A DNA stretch of 64,000 bases from Camelus ferus (taxonomy: Eukaryota): NCBI RefSeq assembly GCF_009834535.1, contig NC_045697.1, positions 2,482,001 to 2,546,000 on the forward strand, in the 5' to 3' direction. Made by a program: the position numbers and the translations under genes. Position 1 is the first letter of the stretch. Every line of letters starts with the position of its first letter. This document shows positions 51,421-64,000 of this stretch, piece by piece. The notes under the pieces were generated by a model. It had not been told where the DNA came from, did no database searches, and saw nothing but the letters and a program-made list of their open reading frames with translations.

Positions 51421-54254
51421 AGAGAGAGTTTTGTAACTAAAGCAGAGTGGGGAGTGGGTACTGGGGGACAACTAGGAGGCCCTGCTCAGAGAGAGTTATG
51501 AACTATGGACACAAAGCAGCAATAAGACCAGGACTTTTAAAGACCTTCAGTTGGAACCGGTGTCCCCAGTTCTCACCCGGACCCTGCCCAGCCAGCAACT
51601 CCACTGAGCTCGGCCCGCGGGGTGAGATGTGTCCAGTCACCCAGACCCAGGCCAGGCAAAAGCTCTTGTGTGCCAAGGGGAGTGCAGCTTCCTTTGAGAC
51701 GAGGAGGTACAGGGCTGGGAGCCTGCATTTGTCAGACAGACCGGGAGGAGTCTTCCTTGCTGTGTGGCTTTGGGCAAAGCCCTTGACCTCTCTGAATGGT
51801 CACATCCTCCCTTGGCTCTTGCTCCACTGGGAGTGGAGAGGATCACAGAAGAAAGGGCTGTGCAAACACCTCCCCACCCCTTAGCATAATAGGTGCACAA
51901 GAAATGGTAGCAACGCTGTCCCCACTGTTCCTTGACAAAGCACAAGAGAGCAAAGGCTCAGACATGGGGCCTGGCTCTCCAGCATCCTGGCCAGTTCACC
52001 TCTTCCCCTGAACCATGTTGGCTGGGTATCTGCCCTGCTGGGCGAGCCCATCTGTTATTTTTATTACAAATCGCCACTCATTTGGCTTAACCCAAGGCAT
52101 GTTACCCAAAATAATGTGAGTGATCGCCGGCAGAACCCAGGGTCAATACTTCTGTGTTCCTCACCCACAGCCCCTCAGAGCCAGGGAGGGAGTCAGGAGA
52201 ATGCTCACACCGCGGCATGAGTAATGTCCTCTCAGCGCCAGGGCACCAGCCTCACTTAAAGACCCCGTCTGTCTCCAAGGACTTCCAGGTTCCTGTTTGT
52301 GCCACCTTGAGACACGGCGCGGGTTCGAGGGCCCGCCCAGCTCGTGATCTAAGACGCTGGCCTGGCCTCAACTTGCTGTTGGGGGCCCTGGGTCTCTCTC
52401 AAGCCCGTATCTGATGCAGGGGGAACGTGAAGGCTGGGCCAGGGCCCTGTGCCTCTGCTGTGTGGGCAGTGGGTGGCCCGGTGCTGCCCCCGACAGACTG
52501 GCTAGAGAGGTAACAGCTGTCATGTGGATCCCCAGGAAGGACCTGGGGCCAACCAGCCACAGACATGCTGCTGGCAGGTGAGTCACAGGTGGGCTAAAGG
52601 CACCGCTGCTGGAGCGCTGTGCTTCCTGGGGAGGGGCTCTGGTGCAGTGAGGGGTGTTGGGGGGCAGGATCCCTGCCGTTCGCGGGTCTTTAGTTCTGCT
52701 GTGAAGACCCAAACCCTCTTCAGATCCTGCCTTCCTTTCCCACCTTGTGGGGTGGGGTGCACAGGCTTGGGTCAGACCCACTAGGCACCCGTCTAACAGT
52801 GTCCCCTTGGGCAGGTGGCTGAGCTGCCGCTGCCCTCAGTTCCTGCATTTGCAGACTTCCAGAGCCTAGAGGGCCTTTCGCGGAGCCCAGGGGAGGATTT
52901 GAGTGCTCCCGGTCCTGCTGAGGGGGCACATGTGCCCGAAGGCTGCAGCCACCCACCCCTACCACCGACTGGGGAGATGCACCTTCCCAGGGCATCCCCC
53001 ACATGGAGGCACCGCAGTCTCCAGCTCGAGGGAGCCTTGGTCTAGCAGGAGAGACAGCAGATGGTGGATGAAGGGAGCACAGACGGTGCGATGTGGCTGG
53101 GAGCCTGGCAGCTGGGCTGGGGGGACGGAGCTCCCAAAGAGGTGGCGCTACACCACGGGTGAGTGGGAATTACCCAGAGTGGTCGGACAGGTAGCTGGGA
53201 GAATGTTCCAGATGAGGGGGATGGTTTGAGTGAAGCTCAGAGGTGAGCAGGGTGCGTTGGAGGTGCCTGACGGCAGGATGCAGGAGGTGCGCGGGGGTGG
53301 CGGAGTTGGCTGGGGTGCAGTGGCCAGGCCTGGAGGAAAGCATGGCCTTGACCCCTGGCCAGGAATCTGGGCTTCATTCCAAGGGTCGTGGTCAGGGGAG
53401 GGTGCTGTGCAGGGTTTTAGTCAATTGCTCTGGCCTCGAGGGACAGTGATGGATTCCGCAGGGCTGACCGGACGGAGAAGACCAAGGCCCGGGAGGGGAA
53501 ACACTTCCAAAGCTGAGGAGGTGTCAGAGGGAGGGCTGAGCATCCCAGGAAGTGTTTGGGACTCCCCAGGTCCCAGGGAGGCTCCTCGCAGGTGGACGGC
53601 AGGTGTGGGCTCGGGTGTGAGATCCTGGGGCCCAGGGCTTGGGATGGAGTGACCGGCTGAGCGGAGGCCTCCCTCTTCAATGCCCCTGCCTCCCCACAGC
53701 AGCAGCAGTTACTCTGAGGGGCCAGGTCCCCTCTAGCAGCTGGGCGAGCTGGGTGGGCGGCCTTCAAGCCCCTCCCTCAGCCAGCCGTCAGGGGACTCCC
53801 CCCCCGCCCCTGGGTGCCAGGCCCTGGGGGCCTTCCAGGTGTTGTCTCCCGAGTGTGGGTGGGTGAGTAGGGTCCGGAAGGCTGAAGTGGTGGAGACAGG
53901 AGACTGGGCCGTAAGCAGGGGCCGCCCCCTTGGTCACGTACTGTGTGTCCCCTCACTGGGCCCGCGGGTGGGCTGACACGTGGGGCTACAGGCGGGGTTC
54001 AGTGACAGGCTGCAGACCCCACAGGGGACTGAGCTGAGTCCAGACCCGGCACAGCCTCTGGAAAAGGAGATGCCACCCCCACAGCCCCTCCTGCGCCCCC
54101 GCTTCCTCCTGCCACAGCCAGCGAAGGCCGGGCTTGGAGGAGAAAGGCAGGGGCCGGGCACCGGAGAGAGCCACGGGCAGGCACGCATGGGCCTGGTGAG
54201 GGCTGATCGAGGGCCCCGGGAGCCCGCGGGCGCGGCCGCTGCGTGAGTGTCCTG

Positions 54255-54612
54255 CGGCTGCTATCACCACCGGCACTGCTCCTCTCACAGTTCTAGAGGC
54301 CAGAAGCCTGCAGCCAAGGTGTCGGCCAGGCCCTGCTCCCTGGAGAGGCTCCTGGTGTTCGCGGGGTCCTCGGTGCGCCCTGGACTGTCACACGGCCTGT
54401 CACACGGCCTGTGACTGCGCGGCACTCTCCTTTTGTGCCCAAGTTTCTCCTTCTTACAAGGACACTGTCGTATTGGTCCAGGCCCACCCTAATGACCTCA
54501 TTTTCACCCGATCACCTCTGTAAGGCCCTCTCTCCAAATAAGGTCACATTCTGAATCCTGGGGGTTAGGACTCCAACATATGCATTTGGGGGGACGCGAT
54601 TCAACCCCCAAC
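54255..54612 (-). mobile_element. MLT1-type MaLR LTR
   Basis: ctctcacagttctagaggccagaag...ggcccaccctaatgacctcat...ctccaaataaggtcacattctga...ggttaggactccaacatatg. Confidence 0.87.
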
Positions 54613-55599
54613 AGCTGCCACTGTGCTCTAGGTGTGCCAGCTCATCACCGCCTCGTGAGGAGGCTTCACCACGGCAATTCCCATCCCCATTTCATCTGCA
54701 AGAAAACCAGGGCTCTGAGGGGCCCCCGCCTGGGCAGCAGGCGGGGGGGAGGAGGGGAAGCCCCTCAGTGGTGCCCAGGTCAGGGCACCTGCTCCACCCC
54801 GGGCAGCAGGCCGTTCTGTTGGGAGAAGAGGAAGTTCCCTGGGTGCAACGTGAGATGCCCAGGTACCGGGCTGTGGAGAGCCTTCGATTCGACCAGGCGA
54901 GGACTTTTCTCTCTGTAGTTAGAGGCCTCCGGCTGCTCACCAGGACGCTGGGCGCAGCAGCGGGCCAGGTGGCCGAGTGGTGAGGACTCTGGGCCCCTCT
55001 TTGGGCAGCAGGCTTCGGTCTGCACGGCTGGAAAAGCCCTGATGATGTCTCCTTGCTGTCTTACTGACGGCCCTGGGGTGATCTTCTGACCCGGGTCTGA
55101 TGTCACACCTGTCTTGCTTGGTCCTTGTGGCCTGCAGCCCCAAGGCCCCGGGAGCTGTGTGGGGAGCCCCGTCCAGGTTCGTCACAGAGCGGCTGATCTC
55201 TCCAAGCCTGTCTGGACCGAGTACTAAGTTCAGGACCTGGCTCCACGCACAACATGCTGTGTGACCCTGGGAAACTGACGTGCCTCCTGTTTTCTCGCTT
55301 GTTAAACAGGGTGTTGAACTCAGGCATTTCAAGGACTCTCCCCAAACATGTCAAAAACCATCATAAAAATTTTACAAACTATTTCCATTTTGTTAAAATA
55401 CTGTAGGCTTTAAGGCAATGCCACTCAAGAGAGAACACAGCGAAGCTACGTGTGCGGCTGGCATTCCCTAGTAGCCGCTCTGAAGGAAAAAGAGACAGAT
55501 GCAAATGCTTAATGGTAACTCCTGCCAGTGTGCTCAAGGTTATTGTCATTTCAGCTTGCAGTCAACGTGAAAACTGGAGACGCCTTACCCTCCTGGTGC

Positions 55600-55960
55600 C
55601 ATCCTTGAAATACGCCCTGTATCTCGCACGTACAGTGCATCTCAGATCAGATGCTGAATTTTCACCGGAAATGCTGGATCTGTGCTGAGATGCCATGAAA
55701 CTACAGCTGCAAATGCAGTCTTACAGCTGAGTTGTTACAACACACTGATAGCGTACTAAGGTCCGAGAGCCGAGGGTTGGTTTCGAGATTTAATAACTTA
55801 CGGTGAAAAAGAATATGAAAACAAATATATGTATGTTCATGTATGACTGAAGCACTGTGCTGTACACCAGAAACTGACACAACATTGTAAACTGATTATA
55901 CTTCAATAAAAAAAAATACAAAAAAATAAAACCCAGTTCCTTGGTTGCACTGGCCACACC
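55600..55960. mobile_element. MER3/MER33-like hAT DNA-transposon fossil, interrupted by a short L1 tail
   Basis: gatgctgaattttcaccggaaatgctggatctg on the left and cagttccttggttgcactggccaca on the right. Confidence 0.5.
55795..55930 (+). mobile_element. Very short 5'-truncated L1 3' terminus with poly-A
   Basis: gaaaaagaatatgaaaacaaatatatgtatgttcatgtatgactgaagc...gctgtacaccagaaactgacacaacattgtaaactgattatacttcaataaaaaaaa. Confidence 0.82.
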
Positions 55961-56044
55961 TGCTGTGTCGCTCGCCGCTGCCTTCCTGGACCACGCTGCG
56001 GTGCCTGCTCCAGTTACCGTAAGTCTTGGATTGCAGGGGCCCCT

Positions 56045-56195
56045 TATTTATCTAATGGAAATATAGTTGATTTGCAATATTTTATTAGTTTCAAGGGTGC
56101 AACATGACTCCATGTTTTTATAGCTTATATGCACTTAAAGTTATTACCAAACCCTGGCTCTTTCCCTGTGCTGCACAGTAGGTCCTTGTAGCTCA
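56045..56195 (-). mobile_element. L1 3' end fragment
   Basis: aatatagttgatttgcaatatt...ttagtttca...tttccctgtgctgcacagtaggtccttg. Confidence 0.7.
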
Positions 56196-58544
56196 GGCGC
56201 CCCTTACTCCCAGCTCAGACTGGAGCCATCCACTCTCTCAGCTCAGGTCCCTTCCACCCTCCCCTGAAGGCCCTTCCCATCCCTATCTCCGGTTTCTGGA
56301 TCCTGTTTCTTTATTCTCGTGCCCAGAGAGCATTTATGGAAATCCGACTGCATACGGGTGTAATGAGGGGCAGGTAGAGGCGCTGCCAGTCCCACATTCA
56401 AATCCAGGTGCTGCCTGGTCCCTGGGGGCCTCTGTTTCCACATCTGTAACCCAGGAGCCTTTGTTACTGACCAGCAGTGCCACCGTGGCTGGCGCTCCTT
56501 CAGCCCTGTGCTAGCCCTCAGAACTGCACCTCTCGGGGTGTGTGGCTTTGTGGTTCTGGTCCCCTGGCGCCATCCTGTTGTAGAAGCAGCTGCTACCTGT
56601 GGCTTCACCTCGGCCAGCATTTCCCAAACCATGATCCTGGCACATTTTCCTCCCCCTGGTGCGAACAGGTGGTTCTCAAGTCATGGGTGCTATGGCCAAG
56701 TATTCCTGGGAGGCATCCGGTCAAATGTGGCTCAATGGCTTTTGTGTTAAATGCAGAACTTCTCAGAGGCTTTGACGTGGGTAGGTGAGGCAGGGAATCC
56801 CTATTCTGCCAGCATGTCGAGAATTCTGGGTCTGGTACTTTGAGTCAGGAACTGAGCTGTATTTATCTCTGTGTCTCCACATTACTTTGGCACACAGTAG
56901 ACCCCTAGCTGTATCCTGCCCAAGGCAGGCACCTGGAAGAGACCAATGACTAAAATATGGGCTAAAGAGAAAAGCAAAAATAATGATACACTGAAGCTCA
57001 GAGGAAGGGTCTGATCCTCCAGTCAGAGGATAAGGGAAGACTGCCTGTAGGAGGTGACATATGAACTGAGCCTGAAGAGCAAACCTCCAGAGAATAGGGT
57101 AAGGGGTGGGGAAGGGGTTTCTGCTGCATGAAAGGGGGTGCTGAAGGCCCAGAGGGAGCTCTGTGCGTGGTCTGGTGCCCAACGTGGTGCATGGGGTGCA
57201 GGCAGGGGAGTGTGAGCGGCACCACGGTGCACACTTCACAGTGCTGCCCAGGTGCGATCCCTGGACCCTTTGCATTGGAATCCCTGGGAGTCTGTTAAAC
57301 CCAGACTCCCCAGCCTGGACCTACTGCATTAGTGTTGGGGTGAGAACCAGCATGTTGACAAGCTCCCAGGGGCCCCCCGATTGTATGAGGACCGCTTCTG
57401 TGACCCAGGGTTCTGTTTTGAGCTGTTGTGGTGGGCCAGGGGAGTATCAGGACCAGCTGACACCCTGTGCAGACAGGACTCGCACTCCTAGGGTCTGACT
57501 TTTCTGGCCTACAGGCACGTCAAAGACTGCACCTCTCAGCCATGCAGTGGGGGTGGCATGGGGCTGGTCCTGGCTAATACAAAGCGAACAGAAGGGAGCA
57601 GTGGGAAACTCTGGGCGATGCTCCCATCTCTCTTCCCTCATGTTGGTGACTGTGGAGGCTGCAGGTACCAGACGGTGCAACTACAATACGGTGGCGCTTC
57701 CATCAGCCTGGATCCCCGGGTGACCATGTGGAGCAGCGTAGCCACGTGGGACATGACACATGTGCAAGAAATGTTGGTTGTTTTAACCCACCTGAGATGT
57801 TGTTTGCCATTGGGGTGTAACTTAGCCTATTATGATTGATACACATCCACTTGTTTCCAATTGCTCCAGTGGGCACATTTAAAGTGTTTGTGAACCCGGA
57901 TTCTGAGCAATTAAAATGGTTCACTTTCCCCTCCCTCTTTCCCTCTCCCTCCCTCCAGGGTGACAGCTAGCCTGTACAGCATATCTGTGAATGAGAATTA
58001 TGAAAAGGCTTGCTCTCTGAGCAGAGGGGGCTCCGAGCTGCTCAGCTTGGTGAGCAGTGAGCAGAGGGTGAGCTGGATTTCAGCCTTGACCCACCTTCCT
58101 TGGGCCAGGCATTTTTGAAAAGTGCATGGCCCACACAACGGTACAGGAAGGCTCAACCATTCATCTATCCCCAAGCTGAGTGCTGACTGAGTGCCAGGCC
58201 TTGGGTGGCGCTCTGCAGATGCAGACAGTGTAATGCTTTGGGTCCTCCATGAGATTCCAAGAGGAGGGAGACGCTGTGGTGTTGGGGTCTCAGTCGCAGA
58301 AGGACATTCCTCTCTGCTCCCTTCCCCACCTGCGTGCCGGTCTGTCCCCAGCCTCAGAACCCCTTTAGGAAACACTGCAGTGAGTGCCCAGCCAGGGCCA
58401 TCGGGCAGTGGGGAGAGCGCGGTAGAGCCAGACCTGGGGGTCATGGCTAAGGAGGTCCTTTAGCAGCTCAGAACCATGTTCATCCCTCACCTCCCACTCG
58501 GGAAAATTCCTTCCACTTGATCTGCCGATATTTATTGGGGGATG

Positions 58545-59570
58545 CTTTTTAAAAAACATAACAGCTTCATTCAGCTATAATTCACATAGCATAAAATTAT
58601 CCCATTTTAAAGTGGTTTGTAATGTATTTTGAACTAGGTAGCCATCATCACCATCCAATTTCAGAACGCTTTCATTGCCCCTAAAAGAAATCCAGGATTC
58701 ACTAGTGATCACCCTCCGTAACCATCACCCGCCAGCCTCTCGAAGCCACTAATTTATTTCTGCCTCTATAAATTTGCTGATCTGGACATTTTGTATACAT
58801 GGAATCATACAAAATGTAGCCTTTTGTGTTGGGATTCTGTTACTTAGCATCTTGTTTTCAAAATCCATTCATCTGTAGCACGAATCAGAACTTCACGCCT
58901 TTTTATGGCCAAGTAACACTCTGTTGCACAGACACACCATTTTGTTTGTCCAGCAGTCGGTTTATGGACATTGGGGGCGATTTCCCACTTTTGGGCTATC
59001 ATGAATATTTCTGCTGTGAGTGTCCACGTGCAAGTTTTTGTGCGGACGTCTGCTGTCTGTTCTCCCGGGCACACGCGCACACACGCACCTCACAGTGGGC
59101 TGCTGTGTCATACGGCCACTTTTACGTTTCTGAGGAGCTGCTAGATTTTTCCAGAACGGCTGCACCATCTTCCTTGCAGCAATGCACGAGGGCTGCAGCT
59201 CCTCCGCACCCTCATGACACTTGTTAGCATCTGGACTCTTGATTCTAACTGTCCTAGTGGGTATGAAGTGATATCTCACTGTGGCTTTGATCTGCATTTC
59301 CCTGATGATGAATGATATTGAATATCTTTGCATGTATCTCTTGACTGTTGGCATATCTTCTTTGGAGGAATGTCTATTTCCATTTTTGGGCTATTTTTTA
59401 TTTGGATTATGTTTTTTTTTTTTATCCTTGAGTTGTAAGAGTTCTTTATATGTTCTGGGTGCAGGTCTGTTGGCACACATGAGCCCTGCAAGCGGGTTTC
59501 CCCCACTCTGTGTGCTGCCTCGTTACTGCCTTGACGGTGTCCTTTGCAGCAAAAAGCTTTAACTTTGATG
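58545..59570 (-). mobile_element. Old L1 (L1MB-like) 3' fragment
   Basis: acagcttcattcagctataattcacata...tggaatcatacaa...ctcactgtggctttgatctgcatttccctgatg...ttgagttgtaagagttctttatatgttctgg. Confidence 0.88.
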
Positions 59571-59889
59571 GAGCCACTGAGGAGCTTCCTAGATCTATGG
59601 CAGCAAAGCCAGTGGCCCCTCCCCCTCCCCTCCCCCTCCCACGGCCACGGTCACGTGTGCTGACACGCTTGAGCCTCACACCAGCCAGTGAGGTCAGGGC
59701 TACCATCGTCCCCTGGCTATAATGGGGGAAACAGAGGCACGGACAGACCAAGAAAGAGGTTCAAAGTCATGAGGTCAGTGCAGGACAGAGGCAGAATTTG
59801 AATAGGCCAGCTGGGTCTGGAGCCCAGGCTTTTAACCACTGCTTAGCAGAGGCTCTGCACTGTAGCCTTTACCACAGAGGGAGAGAGAC

Positions 59890-60188
59890 TGTCACCACCG
59901 TCATTGTCACCCCTCACGATCATTATCATCCTCACCTTCACCCCCATCATCCTCATCGCTATCACCACCATCACTGCCGTTATATCACCATCATCCTCTC
60001 CATCACCAGCAACGTCATCATCCCAGCATCATCACCATCAACACCACCATCATCACCACCATCATCACCACCACCATCCTTGTCACCGCCACCATCACCA
60101 CCACCATCACCACCACCATCATCACCACTAGCATCACTGTTATCATCCCACTGCCATCATCACCATTGTCATTACTATCATTGTCATG
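59890..60188. repeat. Degenerate (CAC/CAT)n trinucleotide tract
   Basis: About 300 bp of catcaccac units; source of the spurious poly-His and Ser/Pro ORFs. Confidence 0.93.
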
Positions 60189-61759
60189 GCTCTGGGACAG
60201 CCTACCAAGTTCCTCACTTGGGGCCATGCCTGGAACTTTGTGCTTCCCATCCATCACCTAATTCAATCATCCCAGCTGCCCTGCAGAAGTACTGAGGCTG
60301 GGAGAGATATGGTCACCTGCCCTGCCCAGAGCCTGTGGAACCTTGACTCAGGCCTGCTGGCCTCTGCCTTTGCTCTTAGCCAAGCCTCTCCCCACCGGTC
60401 ACACAGGGATGTGAATGGAGGACAGATGTCAGATTGGAGGGGAGGGGAGAGGCAACCTGAGTCAAGTCCTGTCCAAAGCTGAGGGCTAGCTGAGTGTTCC
60501 TCTGACTGTGGCCTCTGGGAAGAGATGTTCTAGAAAACCATGAGAGAGGGAGGTAAGAGGCCTGCCTCCCAGGCGTGAAGCCATCCTGAATGAGGGGGAG
60601 GGGTGTGGAGGACCGAAGCCGCCCCGTCAATTAGTGCAATTAGCCGTCACGACGCAGGCCCCAGCACTAATTGCCCGGTGGCCAGCTGAGGTGCTCAGTG
60701 ATGGATTAGCAGAGCGCTGCAGCCACTGCTGAGGTGGCCTTCACCTCCCAGGGTCAAGGCCAAGTGCTCCAGAGATGCCTCCTCTCCCAGGGCAGCCCAG
60801 CCCTGCTCAGCAGTGCACAGCCCCTCCCCCTCGCCTCTGCCCACTTCCCAGGACTGAGGAAAGATGGCGCTCGGCCCACCTGGCCACAACCCAGGTGGGC
60901 AAAGGTCATGGTCACAAGAGGTCTAGGTCCTGGGAGTCCTCTCCCCTGGCCACAGGTGGGCTAAGGTTTGGGGATTTAAGGCCCTCTCCCCAGGAAGCAC
61001 TTTGTCAAGCAGGACCTTAGTAAAGACGTCCCTTCCTACACCTCGGTCCCCCCCTCTGCAGGATGGGGTAGGGGGTCAGCCACCCACGTTGCATCCCTGC
61101 CAGGGACGAGAGGGGCCCAGGTCCTGAAAGTTCCCTGGGCTGCCTCCTGGGGCAGCTCAGCCTCATTGTTAGTGGGATCTGATTGGCAGTTCCCAGCCCA
61201 CCTGGAGTGGTCCCTGCGGCTTCATCCAGCCGTCACTCACCTGGCTGGGTCTCTCGGAGAAGATGAGGATGGTGGGGGCAGGGCCGGTCTCTAGGGCTGG
61301 AAGGCAGATCAGGCACTGGGCTTTGTACTGAGGGCACCAGAAAGCCTGGGAAGGGTTTGTGCTACACAACAGCCCAATGAGGACTGGGGCTGGCATGAGG
61401 GAAAGGAGCCTCCCCATTGACCCTCAAGTTTCAGCCATAGCACCCCTCCTCCAGGAAGCCTTCCAGTTCTGCCCCTGCTTATCTCTGGGGCCTCATCACC
61501 TCACCTTCCCTGTCCCCATCCTAGAGATCCTGTGGCCTGTTTCACTGACCGCCCCCTCTTCCTAAGGGCCCCAGACCTCGCGTCCCCCTCCCCTCCCCTC
61601 CCCTCCCAGCCCCACAACCCCGCCCCAGCAGTGGGGGCCTCCTCCATGGCTCCCCGAGCATGGCTCCCATGCAAAGCTGGCCTTGCGCAGTGAGCTGGGC
61701 GCTGGCCTTCATCTGGGTCCTGCCTCCTTATGTGGCAGCTCTGGGGCCACCGATGGAAA

Positions 61760-62690
61760 ATTTTTGTTTTTAATTACTTAAGACTTTACTTTTAGAGCAG
61801 TTTTAGGTTTCCAGAACAATTGAGCAGAAAGGACAGAGTTCCCACGTGATTTCCCTCCCCGCTCCCAGTTTCCCTCTCGTTAAACTCCGGCACTGGTGGG
61901 GTGCGCTGTTGCCACCGATGAGCCAATACTGACACACTATTACTAATGGAAGTTCATAGTCACAGGAGGGCTCCGTCTGTGTTGTACCTTCTAGGGGTTT
62001 GGAGAAAGGCACAGTGACATTTGTCCACCACTATAGTATCACACAGGATCGTTTCACTGCCCTCAAAATCCTCTGTGCCCCACCTCTTCACCCCTCCTCC
62101 CAAATCCCTGACGACCACTGATCTTGGCACTGTCTCTGTGGTTTTTGCCTTTTCCAGAATGCCACAGGGCTGGAATCAGATAGTCTGCTGTCATTCGAGA
62201 CCAGCCCCTTTCAGTTAGTAACATGCATTTAAGGTTCCTCCATACCTTTTCGTGGCTTGTTAGCTCGTTTCTCTTTAGAGCTGAATAATATTCTATTGTC
62301 TGGATAGACCACATTTTTTTATCCATTCACCTCCCAAAGGGCATCTTGGTTGCTTCCAGCTTGCGGTGATTATGAATAAAGCTGCCGTGAACATTTGTGA
62401 GCAGGTTATTATGTGCCCATGCATTTTCAATTCATTTTGGTAAAAACAAAGGAGCACCCTTGCTGGCTCGTATGGCAAGAGTATACTTAGTTTTGTAAGA
62501 AACTGCCCAGCTCTCTTCCAAAGTGGCAGCAGCATCTCGCTTCCCCACCCGCAGTGATGAGAGCTCCTGCTGCCCCGTGTCCTCACCAGCACCTGGGGTC
62601 AGCAGTGTTTTGGATCTTATTCTGGCAGGTGTGGAGCAGCCTCTCATCATGGTTTTGATGTACATGTCTCTGACGATGTATGAATTTGAA
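61760..62690 (-). mobile_element. Old L1 (L1MC-like) 3' fragment
   Basis: ttttagagcagttttaggttt...aattgagcagaaag.acagagttccca...ttttgccttttccagaatg...atgcatttaaggttcctccat...ttttgtaagaaactgcc. Confidence 0.88.
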
Positions 62691-63689
62691 GCTGGCCCAG
62701 GGGACAGGCAGCTGGATAACCCTCTGGATAAAGAGTGGAGCTAACTCAGCATCCCTCCTGCCCCTCCTCCTCCACCCACCGCTCAGGTCCCCCCTCTTCC
62801 GGCCTGCCCACTCTTCCCAGCCACCTGAATTATCTCCCCGCCCCTCCATGCCTGCCTCCACCCCCGCCAGTCCTCCACGGGGCAGCCAGAGTGACCACTA
62901 AACCCAACCCCGCCTGGCTGGCACGCTCCGCAGCCCCCATGCCATCCTCTGTTCTTGCTTCTCAGACAGACCAGCAGCACCTACCCGACTGCCCCTGCCT
63001 CCCTCTCCAGTCAGGAGGGGGATGGAGACCCAAGGCTGGGCTCCCCAGAAGGAGCTGAGGGTAAGGGGTTGATTGGGGGTGCAGGGCACACCAGCAGGGG
63101 ATGTGGGGAAGTGAGGCAGGCGGAGGGTGGCGAAGCCAGTTACCCCTGGCCAAGGATCCATCCTGCCCCGGGACCCTCCCACACTGCGGGGTTGTCCCAC
63201 CAAGGGCCAGGGAGCCCGTCTCCACCCCAGCTCTCCAGGCATTGGCTCAAGGCTACTGGGGGGGCAGTTGATTCTCACACCACTCTGCAGGTAAAGAGAC
63301 CCCAAGGACTGGGAAACTGACCACAAACTGGGAAGAGCTGAGACCAGGGGACGGGCAGGGCCCCAAAAGTATGGGTGGCAAAGCTGGCCTGGGTTAAGGA
63401 GTGAGGTTCAAAAGCGGCAGCCCGGGAGGACTGAGCAGGCTGGGCTGACTGGCAGGGAGCACAGAAGGAGCGGGGACAAGGACTGTGTCCCTGTGGCCTT
63501 GGTCTTCCTGCAGTGCCCACCTTCCTTCCCCCGTCCTCTCCGGGGCTGCTCCACCATCCTGCACAAGGAACAGGCCACCTGGGAGTCAGAGGGGCACAGG
63601 CCTTCTCAGAACTGGCCGAGCGCTCATTTTCGGGCCACCAGAATCCAGTGAAATGCCACATCTGCTCATCTCTTCTGGCAACCGGGACC

Positions 63690-63790
63690 AGCTGGGACCC
63701 TGTTAAAATGCGGATTCCGATTCCGCAGGTCTGGGTTGGGACCTGAGGTTCTGCATACTTGACAAGCACAGGGGATGCCCAAGTTTTGGC
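63690..63790. mobile_element. MER5A-like DNA-transposon fragment
   Basis: tgttaaaatgcggattcc...aggtctgggttgggacctgagg.tctgcat...acaagc; a similar fragment lies near 57270-57390. Confidence 0.55.
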
Positions 63791-64000
63791 GCAGGGCCCG
63801 TCCTTCGGGAAGCCAGCCGATAGCATTCCGTTGTGGGCTCCAGATAGCCAGACATGCGTTCTGAGATGTTACCCTCTAGAAGCAGCTCTGATTTCTCTTT
63901 CTGGCTCCAGAACAAACTGGTTGTGTGACTTTGGGAAAGTTGTTGACCCTCTCTGGTCTGCAGCCTGGCGATATGAAAAATGGGGCTGGGACTAAGCCGT

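Noticed and set aside
59798..60295. Poly-His and Ser/Pro-rich ORFs
   Set aside because: Translations of a (CAC/CAT)n simple repeat.
36000..64000. The known distal Hmx1 ear enhancer (rat dumbo deletion, crop-ear cattle duplication)
   Set aside because: As I recall it lies about 80 kb or more downstream of the gene, beyond the 28 kb covered here; I cannot match it to this window.

Overview
Mammalian, GC-rich genomic DNA, most likely from a camelid (inferred from three short tRNA-derived SINEs that resemble camelid vic-1). The only supportable protein-coding gene is the two-exon homeobox gene HMX1 (NK5/H6 class) on the + strand. Its ATG is at 31462, the intron runs 31857-34608 (GT..AG), the stop ends at 35268 and there is an AATAAA at 35967. 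As written, HMX1 carries two +1 frameshifts (~31780 and ~34710). Removing one base at each gives a clean 350-aa HMX1, so these are either assembly errors in very GC-rich sequence (my leading explanation) or a real disrupted allele. The gene lies among about eight CpG-rich islands, with several short AT-rich, motif-dense patches that look like candidate developmental enhancers; the best is 60628-60709. The remainder is interspersed repeats: L1 fragments (including a twin-primed inverted L1 with an unusual 48-bp inverted duplication), MaLR/ERV solo LTRs, SINEs, DNA-transposon fossils and microsatellites. The rest of the ORF track is GC-rich noise or repeat-derived. I see no evidence of a new multi-gene system. 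Comparisons with human HMX1 and repeat family names are from memory, not database searches.
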